Assembly: GCF_006345805.1 (NCBI RefSeq) | Contig: NC_043007.1 | Coordinates: 1,178,001 to 1,242,000 of the forward strand | DNA from: Octopus sinensis | Taxonomy: Eukaryota | Length of the DNA: 64,000 bases | Direction: 5' to 3' | Part shown: positions 48,466 to 60,409 of the stretch, in pieces | How positions within the stretch are numbered: the stretch's first letter is position 1 | Layout: the number at the start of each line of letters is the position of its first letter | Program-made: the position numbers and the translations under genes | Notes under the pieces: model-generated | What the model was told of the DNA's origin: nothing | Database searches by the model: none | Seen by the model: the letters and a program-made list of their open reading frames with translations, nothing else

Positions 48466-49019
48466 CCTACCTACCTACCTACATTATGGCTGCCCCCTCG
48501 TTATCGAGTATGGTCATTGCACGAAGCTTAACTGTTACTGGTGCAGTGATCGAATGTAACTTTTTAGCCCAGCTAATGATCTACAATGTCTTGTACAGAA
48601 TTGGCAACTAGAACCCTTACCGTTAATAGCCGGCTGTAGTTGTAACTGGGCTTCATGTACCTTTCCATGTCGTTTAAGTCCTCCTGCCGAATTACACTCT
48701 CTTACGTATGCCCGACAGATATGATTATTATGGTGTGTTACACCACCACCAGTGGCCAGGTTGTCACTCATCTGTCTCGTTTTATGACTACGAAGATGAC
48801 TCATGAGTCCAGCTTTACTGAGGCAGGGTCTTGCACAGACACTGCATGTCAGCATCAAAGGAAGACCCTTCCCATCTGGAAGTGTAACAGCGATGCCCTT
48901 CCTGACATTCCTCCTTACTTTCTCATGTGCAACTCGAGATTTCTCAACTCACGCATACACATATAGCTATTGATCGTAGCAGGTGGAGAAGGATTGTGCA
49001 TGAGGGGACAGCCACCTAC
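48466..49019 (-). mobile_element. RTE-like LINE 3' end with three C2H2-like fingers, (GTAG)n tail and inverted 5' segment
   Basis: Minus ORF CSVCARPC...HLRSH, CRAY..C...HGKVH, CQFC..HC...SLH. A plus-strand IDRSRWRRIVHEG piece lies at 48962-49019. Confidence 0.8.
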
Positions 49020-49191
49020 ATACATACATACATACATACACACACACATAAATACATACGTGCATACATATTACACACACACACACACACACGAGCTGTG
49101 CGGAGTATACCGAACTGGCTTGGTACCTCAATTTAAGTACCTAATTCAACTGAATCTTAATTATATATATATGTGTGTTTATGTGTCTGTG

Positions 49192-49246
<55 letters not shown>

Positions 49247-49291
49247 ACATACATACATACATACATACATATACATACACACACACACACG

Positions 49292-49332
<41 letters not shown>

Positions 49333-50107
49333 TAATGTTTAGCAGAAGTAATAGAGTGAGTCATGGTCAGAGAGCTTTGTGCGTTGTCACTTATTACACC
49401 AGTTACAGGTGTGTTTATATAGCTCTTGATAAATAAATAAATAAATATATTTCCCTATGGAATGTTCTAGAACGAATAATAATAATGTCACGTGGATAAT
49501 TCCAAAAATTCAAAAATTTACGCGTTATGTCGTTCAGTAAGCGAATACATAAATAAATAAGAAACACAGAGAGAAAAAGAAAAACAACAAAAAAGGATAT
49601 TTTGCGTGACATCACACACACATACACACACTCACATATACACTCACGCATACACACATACACATACCAAAACAAACCCCACAAAATTCGTACATCTGTT
49701 ATAATAACAGCGAAAATTTGTCTATTTGGGACCCCTGTATCTCAGTTTCCGTTTGCTCTACATAGACATATTATACCTTTTTGGAATCAGAATGATCCCG
49801 GGATTGAAAATCTGCCCTTCATTTGGTTCTTGAACATCCAGTTTTGGGATCTGATTTAAAACCCTTTCTGTTCCTACTTCTAGCAAATAAAGCTTGGCTC
49901 ATTCACGCCATGTTCGCTGGCGTTTGTCAGATGACGTCAGAGATCAAAGGGGAGATAAATGACATTCGCTTTGTTAATTTTACGTCGTGGTAAGAATTTT
50001 GGAACAAACTGGCCAAAAGTTGGAATTCAACTTGGAATTGGAACAATAGAATGATTGCGTTACAGGATTAATTCACATCCGTCCTTAACCACTGATCAAA
50101 CACCAAC

Positions 50108-50328
50108 GGAACATGGCTGTGTGGTAAAAAGCTTGCTTTCCAACCACATGGTTCCGTGTTCAGTCCCATTGTGTGGCACCTTCGGCAAGTGTCTTCTACT
50201 ATAGCCTCGGGCCGACCAAAGCCTTGTGATTTGTGGCTTTAGTAGACGGAAACTGAAAGAAGCCCGTTGTGCACACACACACACACATACACACACACAC
50301 ACCACACACACACACACATATATATATA

Positions 50329-50359
<31 letters not shown>

Positions 50360-50582
50360 ATGTATGTATTTGTGTGTTTGTGTTTGTCTCTCACCATCGC
50401 TTGACGATCGATGTTGGTGTGTTTACGTCCCCGTAACCGGTTTGGCAAAAGAGTGCGATAGGATAGGATAAGAATGCGATAGGATAAGTACTAGGTTTAC
50501 AAAGAATAAGTCCTGAGGTCGATTAGTTCGACTAAAGGCGGTGCTCCAGCATGGCCACGGTCATGTGACTGAAGCAAGTAAG
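50108..50582 (+). mobile_element. SINE family 1 copy, diverged
   Basis: Head, core and tail recognisable. Confidence 0.8.
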
Positions 50583-50738
50583 CGAGCAAAAGTGTATTAT
50601 ATTTATGCTATTTATCTCTGATTAGGCTGGGTCGCAATTAGCCCTCGGCAGGAGTTAGCTTAATCCAAACTGAGTGTGACTTTAAATCTGGTGCATACAA
50701 ACGAGAGAGCAAACAGGAATTAGACGTATTGATTTGCA

Positions 50739-51255
<517 letters not shown>

Positions 51256-51373
51256 TATACATAGATATACCTGTATATGCAGACGCGTGTACACATACGC
51301 ACACACATGTATACACACATACACACATACATACATATATAGAGATACATACACACACACACACAAGCACGTA

Positions 51374-51610
51374 CAGGGGTTGGGCAAAATAATGGAAACA
51401 CCTTAAAATTTCTAACAAATTTATTTTAATATGTGACAGAACCGCCTTTAGCAGTAATTACAGCTTGAATTCTACGAGGTATGGACTCGTACAAAGTTTG
51501 AATTGTTTCCAAAGGAATTTTTGTCCATTCTTCAACTAAAACAGTCTCCAGTTCTTGTAGTGATGACGGTGGAGGATATCGACTCCGTACTTATTTTTCT
51601 AAAATGCACC
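51374..51610 (-). mobile_element. Tc1-like transposon terminal fragment
   Basis: TA|CAGGGGTTGGGCAAAATAATGGAAAC terminal repeat followed by decayed sequence resembling a transposase 3' end. Confidence 0.6.
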
Positions 51611-51619
51611 ACCCTAACT

Positions 51620-52322
51620 GTGTAAGGAACCTGTGGTAGAGGTAGACCCAGGAAGTCATGGAATGAGGTGCTGAAGCATGACCTTCGAACGTTGGGTCTC
51701 ACTGAGCCAATGACAAGCGACCGAGACCTTTGGAGATATGCTGTGATTGAGAATACCCGGCAACTAAAGTGAGAATGCAGCCATGGCCAAGACTAGTGTT
51801 GCATGTCCCGCTCATTTAAGAGTACCCTTGATGCGTCGCGCGATATGATATGCTTGAGAAAACCTGTTGAGTCAGGTAAAACAAAACTCGTAGCTGTGGC
51901 CAGTGCCCCCTGACTGGCTCCCGTTCCGGTCGCAGGTAAAATGCATCCTCCGAACATGGTCGATGTCAGTGCCCCCTCACTGGCTCCCGTGCCAGTGGCA
52001 CGTAAGAAGCACTTTCCGAACGTGATCGATGTCAGTGCCCCCTCACTGGCTCCTGTGCCGGTAGCACGTAAAAAGCACTTTCCGAACGTGATCGATGCTA
52101 GGCCCGACTGGCTGGCTCCTGTGCCGGTGGCACTTAAAAAGCACCCAATACACTCAAGGGGTGGGTGGTATTAGGTAGGGCATCCAGCTGTAGAAACATT
52201 GCCAGATCAGATTGGAGCTTGGTGCAGCCGTTGGCTCTCCAGACCTCAGTCAAACCGTCCACCCCATGCCAGCATGGAAAACGGACCTTAAACGATGATG
52301 ATGATGATGATGATGATGATGA
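51620..52322 (+). mobile_element. RTE LINE 3' end with ~60-bp tandem repeats in the 3' UTR and (GAT)n tail
   Basis: GTCGRGRPRKSWNEVLKHDLRTLGL...DRDLWRYAV. A related tail fragment lies on the minus strand at 39365-39600. Confidence 0.82.
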
Positions 52323-52581
52323 TATACATATATACATACATACACAGACACACATACACACACATATATACACACACAAACATACATACGTACGTACATA
52401 TATACATACATACATACGCATATATACTTATACACATATAGATACGAACATACATGTCTAAGACGAAGCAAACTAAATATATAAAACCAGCTCTTCGTTT
52501 CTTTTCCTTTCTGTTACATGTATATACGCACACTTACATATACACAAACGCATATACATACATATATACCTATATATGAAG

Positions 52582-52631
<50 letters not shown>

Positions 52632-53002
52632 ATGCACATGCGTAAGCACATTTGTGCATATGCACGTATATGCACTCATACACATACATGTGCCCACGCG
52701 TGGAATTGGACAGCAGTAACGAATACGGGTTTCTGCAAAAGATACGGTTTGGCATGTTGAGAAGGGGTTTCTACGGAGCAGAGTAACCACGCCTTGTGGG
52801 CACACGTGTATGCATTTAAAAGCGCTTACACACACACATACGCATGTAGACAGCCATCGATGCCTTTAAATGAAATACTGAAATAAGAAAATATCGCAAA
52901 GCAAATAGATTACACAAATCTGTAATTACACCTCTGAGAATAGATATTTCTGTCAAACTGGAATTTGAGTTACTCAAGCAGAGCACTTTCTCTCTGCAGC
53001 TG

Positions 53003-53250
53003 TATTCTTTTACTTGTTTTCAGTCATTTGTCTGCGGCCATGCTGGAGCACCGCCTTTAGTCGAACAGATGGATCCCAGGGCTTGTTCTTTGTAAGCCTC
53101 GTACTTATTCTATTGGACTCTTTTGCCGAACCGCTAAGTTACGGGGACGTAAATAAACCAGCCTCGGTTGTCAAGCGATGGTAGGGAGACAGAGACACAC
53201 AAACACACACGAATGCACGCATACACACACACAAGCATACACACACACAC

Positions 53251-53293
<43 letters not shown>

Positions 53294-53456
53294 CGAAGGG
53301 CTTCTTTCTGTTTCCGTCTACCAAATCCACTCACAAGGTTTTGGTCGGCCCGAGGCTATAGCAGAAGACACTTGCTCAAGGTGCCACGCAGTGGTACTGA
53401 ACCTGGAACCATGTGGCTGGTAAGCAAGCTACTTACCACACAGCCACTCCTGCGCC
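53003..53456 (-). mobile_element. SINE family 1 copy
   Basis: Reverse complement of the family-1 sequence. Confidence 0.88.
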
Positions 53457-53464
53457 TATGTGAA

Positions 53465-56327
53465 TAAATTGCATCATGTCAGTCTCTTTGCTGTGGTCAG
53501 CAGTAGACAGCATCATGTCGGTGTTCCAGCTACCTCGATACCTCGTCTCCGTGTCCTCGATGTCTTAGTGAAATCTTTCTCCTTGCTCATCACTCATCGC
53601 CTCATGATTTTCAAACAAGTAGTCCAGATGACTGTGAAGGCAATGTACATTTGCACTCATGTGGCAACCCAGTGCACGAAAATTGGTTAACAGGATCTTC
53701 ACAAGGTTTTCATAATTTCATGGCTTCCTGTTTCCCAGGAAATCAGACACAACTGCAGCAAAAGCTTTCCATGTTTCTCCATCACCAGAGATAATCTCTC
53801 CGTAATCTCCAGCCATAATCTTTCTTTCTTGGCCTGACTGCCAACCATCAACACTTCTTGTGTCTATCTCCCCTGTTCCTGCCTTTAGGCTTTCACTCCA
53901 TACACGCCAGCTCAATTTGACTCGTTCTCAGTTGAAAGATGCCTGTTGTTATTTCTTGTTGATGGCTTCCTGTTTCCCAGGAAATCAGACACAACTGCAG
54001 CAAAAGCATTTCATGCTTCTTTTCCATTGCCAAACATGGTCTCCAAAAATAGTTCGTCCTGCAACAGCCACTTAATATGTGGCCCATCAAACACACCAAC
54101 CTTAATTTTCTCACAAGACAAAACTGGAAACTTTCTGTTTAAGTATTTGAAGCAGTCACCGTCTCAGTGTTTCAAAACATGTTTCGCACACTATATGGGG
54201 TCCCCATGTTTTGTCTTGTCACCCAGTTTCATGTTAAAGTAAGTAAAGAAGAAAGGTAAGCTTTCTTCACAAATTATGCGATTTGGGGCTGGTTTTACAA
54301 TCTCTTCTCTCACAACTGGCCATATTTCCGAAACTCAAAACATATTCAAGCCAGTTGTCAGCTGGGAAAAGCATTTTCAGAATAGTCAACAGTTATGAAG
54401 TAAGGAAGTGCAAATTTGTGATGGCAAAGTTCCATAAAGAGTATGCATACCATGAAGTTCTTTTTACGGTTCTTGGATCTTTTCCTTTTGAACGGCAGTT
54501 TTCAACACAATTTCTAGTTAAGTAAACACTTTAAAACTTCGTATACTGGTAGAATATATCAAAATAAAACATTTGTTTAACGTAGTTTAATTTTTCGAAT
54601 TTTAACCAATCCTATGGCCTCTATTGAGCTAAAATCATTTGCTGCGTCTAAAACTGAGACAACATCCTGTCACTAACCCTAACCCTAAATTTTTTTTCAT
54701 AATTGTTAAATTAATTTAATTGTTACGCGTGTAAAAAGAAACGGAAGGCTAAAACGAAAGCAATGGAAAATAATTTAAACAATTAACAAGCAAAATAATT
54801 CTATAATTTTATACACACGCTTTCCGTATACGTACGTAACCTGTTTTAGGGTTAGGGTTAGGGTTAGGGGTGGGAGGAAGAGTATCTTTTTTTCTTCACA
54901 AATGTAAATAAACCCAATCTGATGTTTGTGGCAGAGTTCTTCCGATTCAGTGGTTGACTGTGAAGCTGTCGTCTGGGTTCTTCCAATTCTTTCGTGTGTC
55001 GGTGGCGGTGGCGGCGTCGGCGTCCGTGCTCAACACCTGCACCTGTGTCGCTCCTCCCCTTCTTCCCTCCCTCGTGAAGCTGTGGGGAAGGCAGGGTAGG
55101 GAAATCAACGTCGTAAGCGTTGTCAAGGAGACCAGCGTTCTTTTCGACAACGACTTCATGGCTTTGAAGTCGCCATCCTCAAAACAGAAATGGCCAGGAA
55201 AGCCGAAAACAAATTTACAAAATCGGGAAACACGCCACACAGGGAAGGTTTCCCCGTGCAAAGAATTTGCGCAACCGAATGTATTAGTTGTTGCACATAA
55301 AAATAGAATCTTTTCCTTTTGAACGGCAGTTTTCAACACAATTTCTAGTTAACTAAACACTTTGAAACTTCGTATACTGGTAGAATGTGTCAAAATAAAA
55401 CATTTTTTCTCTTGGCTTTCTTGAGAAAATTGTAATTTGTTTGTTTAACGTAGTTTAATTTTTCGAATTTTAACCAATCCTATGGCCTCTATTGAGCTAA
55501 AATCATTTGCTGCGTCTAAAACTGAGACAACATCCTGTCACTAACCCTAACTCTAACCCTAACCCTAACCCTAACCCTAAATTTTAGCCTTTCGTTTTTT
55601 TTTTCCTAATTGTTAAATTAATTTAAGGATAACAATTAAGAAAATAAAAAAACGAAAAGCTAACACGAAAGCAATGGAAAATAATTTTAATTTAATAATT
55701 AAGAAAAAAAAAACGAAAGGTTAAAACGAAAGCAAAAACTCAAAACAAAAACAAAACGAATAATTTTAGACACACGCGTAACAATTAAATTAATTTAACA
55801 ATTAAGAAAAAAAAAACGAAAGGCTAAAATTTAGGGTTAGGGTTAGGATGGGGGTTCGGGTTAGAGTTAGGGTTAAACTTATAAATTACAATTTTCTCAA
55901 GAAAGCCAAGAGAAAGAAATGTTTTATTTTGACACATTCTATCAGTATACGAAATTTTAGTGTTTAGTTAACTAGAAATTGTGTTGACATGTGCCGTTCA
56001 AAAGGAAAAGATCCCGGTTCTTTGACCATACTTGACGAAAAGTGACCTTGACCCACGTGACCTCACTATTAAAATATTAAGGACACTTTCAAAATAGCAA
56101 TTTTCATAAGAAACAGTTAAAAGTTAAACAAAACATGTCTCATCTAGTTTGCAATGATAGTCACACTAAATTAAGCAGAGTGTGGGCATATCTGCAGACA
56201 AATTCGGCAAATATGAGACGTATGGTGCCAAGGATCACAAAAATATGTTGCATCTTAACATCTAAATGTGTAAAGGACATTTCTGTCACCAAAATGACAT
56301 TTGAAACTGGTTAGTCTGAAAACAGTG
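53465..56327 (-). mobile_element. Chapaev3-like (CMC) DNA transposon remnant, interrupted by the 54475-56014 insertion
   Basis: Minus-strand pseudo-ORF: QDKTWGPHIVC, KIKVGVFDGPHI, FAAVVSDFLGNRKP, LGCHMSANVHCLHSHLDYL..MSDEQGERFHQDI..RYRG. 5' terminus CACTG at 56327. Superfamily assigned from recalled motifs. Confidence 0.65.
54475..56014. mobile_element. Composite Merlin-like non-autonomous element (GGATC...GATCC TIRs, 8-bp TSD) with telomere-like repeats
   Basis: TSD CGGTTCTT at 54467-54474 and 56015-56022. A second left TIR starts at 55306. (TAACCC)n/(GGGTTA)n tracts occur in the arms. Confidence 0.85.
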
Positions 56328-56520
56328 GACGTTGCTCGACTTTGATGCATTTTATTTACTTAAGATACTAAAATCGTGACTAAATACTTACACACCTTAT
56401 TACCATAGCCTGTTATGGGCACATATATGCACATACATCTATGTATTTGTGTACGTGTGTATAAATCTTTATATGTGTATATGTATGTGTGCGTGTATAT
56501 ATGTACACATATAAAGATAT

Positions 56521-57056
56521 ATACATATAAAAGTAGATAAATGGTACAACAAGGCACCAATATTTACTGGAAAATAGCAATCGTAATAAATACGACGCTA
56601 TTGTATAGCTTCACTGCGTATATACTAGCAAAGACGCGTGTGTGCAACAAACATGAAAAAAATTTGTCTTACCTCTAGGAAGAACATCTGATAAATGGAA
56701 AACCTAGAATCGGATAATGCAGGACCGGTTTCTGACTCTTCAAATACGTTTGACAACGTAAAATTGATTAGTCTTCATCAGCTGCATTTACCTAGACAAG
56801 ATTTCAAATGTTGCCACATCAATGCCAGTACACTCGTCTGAACGCCAAAACGTTAACAGAACGAGAATAGTGAAGAAGTTTCAATGAAAATAATAATGCA
56901 ATACAAATGTATTACTTTCCAGTAAAAGAAAGCCCCATAAGGGTAAAATTATACATATAAAAGTAGATAAATTGTTGTACCATTTATCTACTTTTATATG
57001 TATAATTTTACCTTTATGGGGCTATCTTTTACTGGAAAGTAATACATTCGTATTGC

Positions 57057-57060
<4 letters not shown>
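56521..57060 (-). mobile_element. Non-autonomous Penelope-like repeat: 430-bp unit with short direct repeat and inverted tail
   Basis: atacatataaaagtagataaat at 56521 and 56951. 56973-57058 is an inverted copy of the preceding end, as in PLE pLTR/tail structure. Contains a hammerhead. Confidence 0.72.
56717..56787 (-). ncRNA. Type-I hammerhead ribozyme motif with intact catalytic core
   Basis: AUGCAG-CUGAUGA-A-GACU-[UCAA..UACGUU(GUCA)AACGUA.UUGA]-AGUC-A-GAAAC-CG-GUC-CUGCAU: 6-bp stem I, extended stem II, palindromic ACCGGU stem III, GUC cleavage triplet. Confidence 0.78.
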
Positions 57061-57115
<55 letters not shown>

Positions 57116-58116
57116 CTCATTTTCCTTTCTTTTTCTCGTTCCTCCCCTTTCACATTTCTTGGCCCTCTCTTTCTTTATCTCCCACTATTTCCCACTCGTT
57201 TATCTCTCCTGTACCTTTCTCTTTGTCTTTGATTTTTTTTCTATCCTCCAATCCTGCTGTCCCTACCTATCTCCTCCTTCCACGTGACCGGTGTCCGGCC
57301 AGCCATGATCTTTCTTTCTGGGCCTGACTGCCGACCGTCAACATCTCTTGTGTCCATCTCCCTTGTTCCTGCCTTTAGGCTTTCACTTCATACTCGCCAG
57401 CTCAATTTGACTCGTTCTCAGTCGAAAGATGCCTGTTGGTACTTCTTGTTTGTATTCGTGATTGTGTACCACGTTCTCCGTTTTATGCTTATTTGTTGTT
57501 GTTTTTTTTTGTCTTTGTTGCCGTACACATTCGCTAGCTTTCTTACAAAGGGATCTAATGCTCTTAGCTTAGACTTTTTTGGGGGCAACCTGATCGAACC
57601 ATTTCAAGTGTAACTGCCCGAAATGGTCCTGACTTCTGGGACTTGACTGATGAAAGAAAACCAAGAATGACCCGTCTTTTTTTTGCCTGTCCTAATTATT
57701 CTTTCTCTTGTCTGCTTTTGTATCGTCTATCTGTCCGAACGTTTTAATGTCCTCTCTTGCGTTTTTGTCCCCCCCCCATATATATATATATATATATAAA
57801 TATGTATATATATATATGTGTGTGTGTGTGTGTATTTATATATAGGTGTGTATGTGTGTGAGTATGAGTGTGTGTACCCGTGCAGATATATGTGTAGGTA
57901 TGTGAACATGTGAGCATGTATGTGCGTTTTCACTTTTGTAGTTTCATTTACTTTAAATGAGATTGAAAAACTATGCTTTCAAAATCATGTCAAACTCCAT
58001 ATATGGGTTCGCATTTAATGGAATCAAATCTTTCCTTAGAACTGGTGACAATAACAGAAATGTTGAAAAATGGACATCTGAGTTTGTGAAAATTCTTGAC
58101 GTGATAGAGCAAAATA

Positions 58117-58682
58117 TTGGGTTGTCCGGAAAGTTCGTCCTGATTTATAGTAGCTTACCTTTCGACTTATTTTAGAACATGGTTGAGTCCATAAAATAGG
58201 ATTTGACTACACCTCCATTTAGAGCACAGTTTAAGCTATCTTTTCGTGGAAGAAGATTTATGTTCCTATAACCAGCGTGTATTTTGTAACCCTTTAAAAT
58301 GGAAGATAAGAAAGCTCATTTTCGGCACTTGATGCTTTGGGAACCAGACAAAAATTGCTGCAGCTCGGCTGGGATATGTTACCCCACTCTCCATTTTCAC
58401 CAGATACTGTTCCTTCGGATTTCCACTTATTTAGATCTCTGCAGAATAGTCTTAATGGTAAAAATTTTAATTCCTTGGATGACGTAAAAAGATACCTTGA
58501 TGAATTCTTTGCCATGAAACCACCTCAATTCTGGGAAGAGGATATTTTCAAGTTGAAGGAAATATGGAGACGCCTTGTGCAACAAAATGGTTCATATTTG
58601 GTTAATTAAAAATGTAATGGCAAGTATTTATTGACCTTTTTCTTTCCTTTAAAAATCGGCACGAACTTTCCGGACAACCCAA
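58117..58682 (+). mobile_element. Internally deleted mariner (DD34D) element
   Basis: TA-flanked TIRs ttgggttgtccggaaagttcgt. MEDKKAHFRHLML N-terminus fused to KLLQLGWDMLPHSPFSPDTVPSDFHLFRSLQN C-terminus. Confidence 0.92.
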
Positions 58683-59009
58683 TAGATTTCAATTTTGAAA
58701 TCAGTTCCCTTGAATTGGTAGGAAACGGCTCCAGCATCAGAAAACAGAAACCCTGTACCTCCATGTACCTCCATCTACGTCAAGTACTTTAAGTCTGTTA
58801 AACCGCGTTTACTTAACTACAATAAATTATCTATTGCAGATCCAACGCCCACACTTAACGTAGCAAATTCTTACGCCCCTTAGACCTAAGCCTGTTATGG
58901 GCGCATATATGCACATACAAGTATCTATGTGTGTATGTGTGTATATATCGTTATATGTGTATATGTATATGTGTGCGTGTATATATGCACACACATGTAT
59001 ATGTACATA

Positions 59010-59371
59010 TGGGGAAGCACGATGAGGGTTCCGGTTGAACGGAACAGCCTGCTCGTGAAATTAACGTGTAAGTGGCTGAGCACTCCACCGACACGTGTAC
59101 CCTTAACGTAGTTCTCGGGGATATTCAGCGTGACACAGAGAGTGACAAGGCCGGCCCTTTGAAATACAGGTACGACAGAAACAGGAAGTAAGAGTGAGAG
59201 AAAGTTGTGGTGAAAGAGTACAGCAGGGATCACCACCATCCCCTGCCGGAGCCTCGTGGAGCTTTTAGGTGTTTTCGCTCAATAAACACTCACAACGCCC
59301 GGTCTAGGAATCGAAACCGCGATCCTATGTCCGCGAGTCCGCTGCCCTAACCACTGGGCCATTGCGCCTCC
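59010..59371 (-). mobile_element. SINE family 3 copy (long form)
   Basis: Reverse complement of 63551-63929. Confidence 0.87.
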
Positions 59372-59515
59372 ACATGTACATATACACACACACACATATA
59401 TATATATGTACGTATATGTGAAGATATGTGAGCATGTGTGCATCTATGTGCGTATATATGTGTGTATGTATATGTGCGTATATGTATGTATATACATATA
59501 AATGTGTATATATAT

Positions 59516-59554
<39 letters not shown>

Positions 59555-59560
59555 CTGTGC

Positions 59561-59621
<61 letters not shown>

Positions 59622-60409
59622 GAGTTAGCGGTTATAATAATCGACTAAGGGATCAGATACGTGTGTTTATATTTATATATCACGTATCTATGACTGTCTA
59701 CATATGTATGTGTGTGCATGTGTGCTTTTAAATGCATACACGTGTGCGCACAAAGCATGGTTACTCTGCTCCGTAGAAACGCATTCCCAGCACGCCAAAC
59801 CTAATCTTTTGCAGAAACCTGTATTCATTACGTATATATGCACTAATGTACTTACGCATGTGCGCGCGTGTGTGTGTGTGTGACTTTACATTCGTATATA
59901 TTTGTGTATATGCGTTCGTGTATATGTAAGTGTGCGTATATACACGTAACAGAAAGGAGAAGGAAAAAGAAGAGCTGGTTTTATATATTATCTCTTCATC
60001 TTATATATGTATATTTGTATGCATGCGTGTATGTATATATGTATATACACGCATAATGTATGTATGTGTATACGTATGTGTGGGGGGGTATATTTATGTA
60101 TATAAATGTTTATATATATATATGTCTACATGTATATCTATTTATATCTATTTTATTTTAATCTATACTTATTCTCTGCTTGCCATGTATAGGTATGTAT
60201 GTGTATGTGTGTTTGTGTATATATGTGTGTGTCTGTGTGTATGGATTCATTGGTTTCAGATATTAGTTCCTTTATATACCCATATACAATAATCCCTCGA
60301 TATATTACGGTTCATATTATGAGTTTCGAGATGAGGTTTACAGCTGGAAATTTTGCAACACATTGGCACCGATTGGAGATTGGCATTGCTGCTGGCTGCA
60401 CAATATCTG

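Noticed and set aside
57965-57996. Minus-strand MEFDMILKA resembling an SLC22 N-terminus of a third paralog
   Set aside because: Stop after 9 codons, no donor site, and no further SLC22 exons recognised in 47-64 kb.
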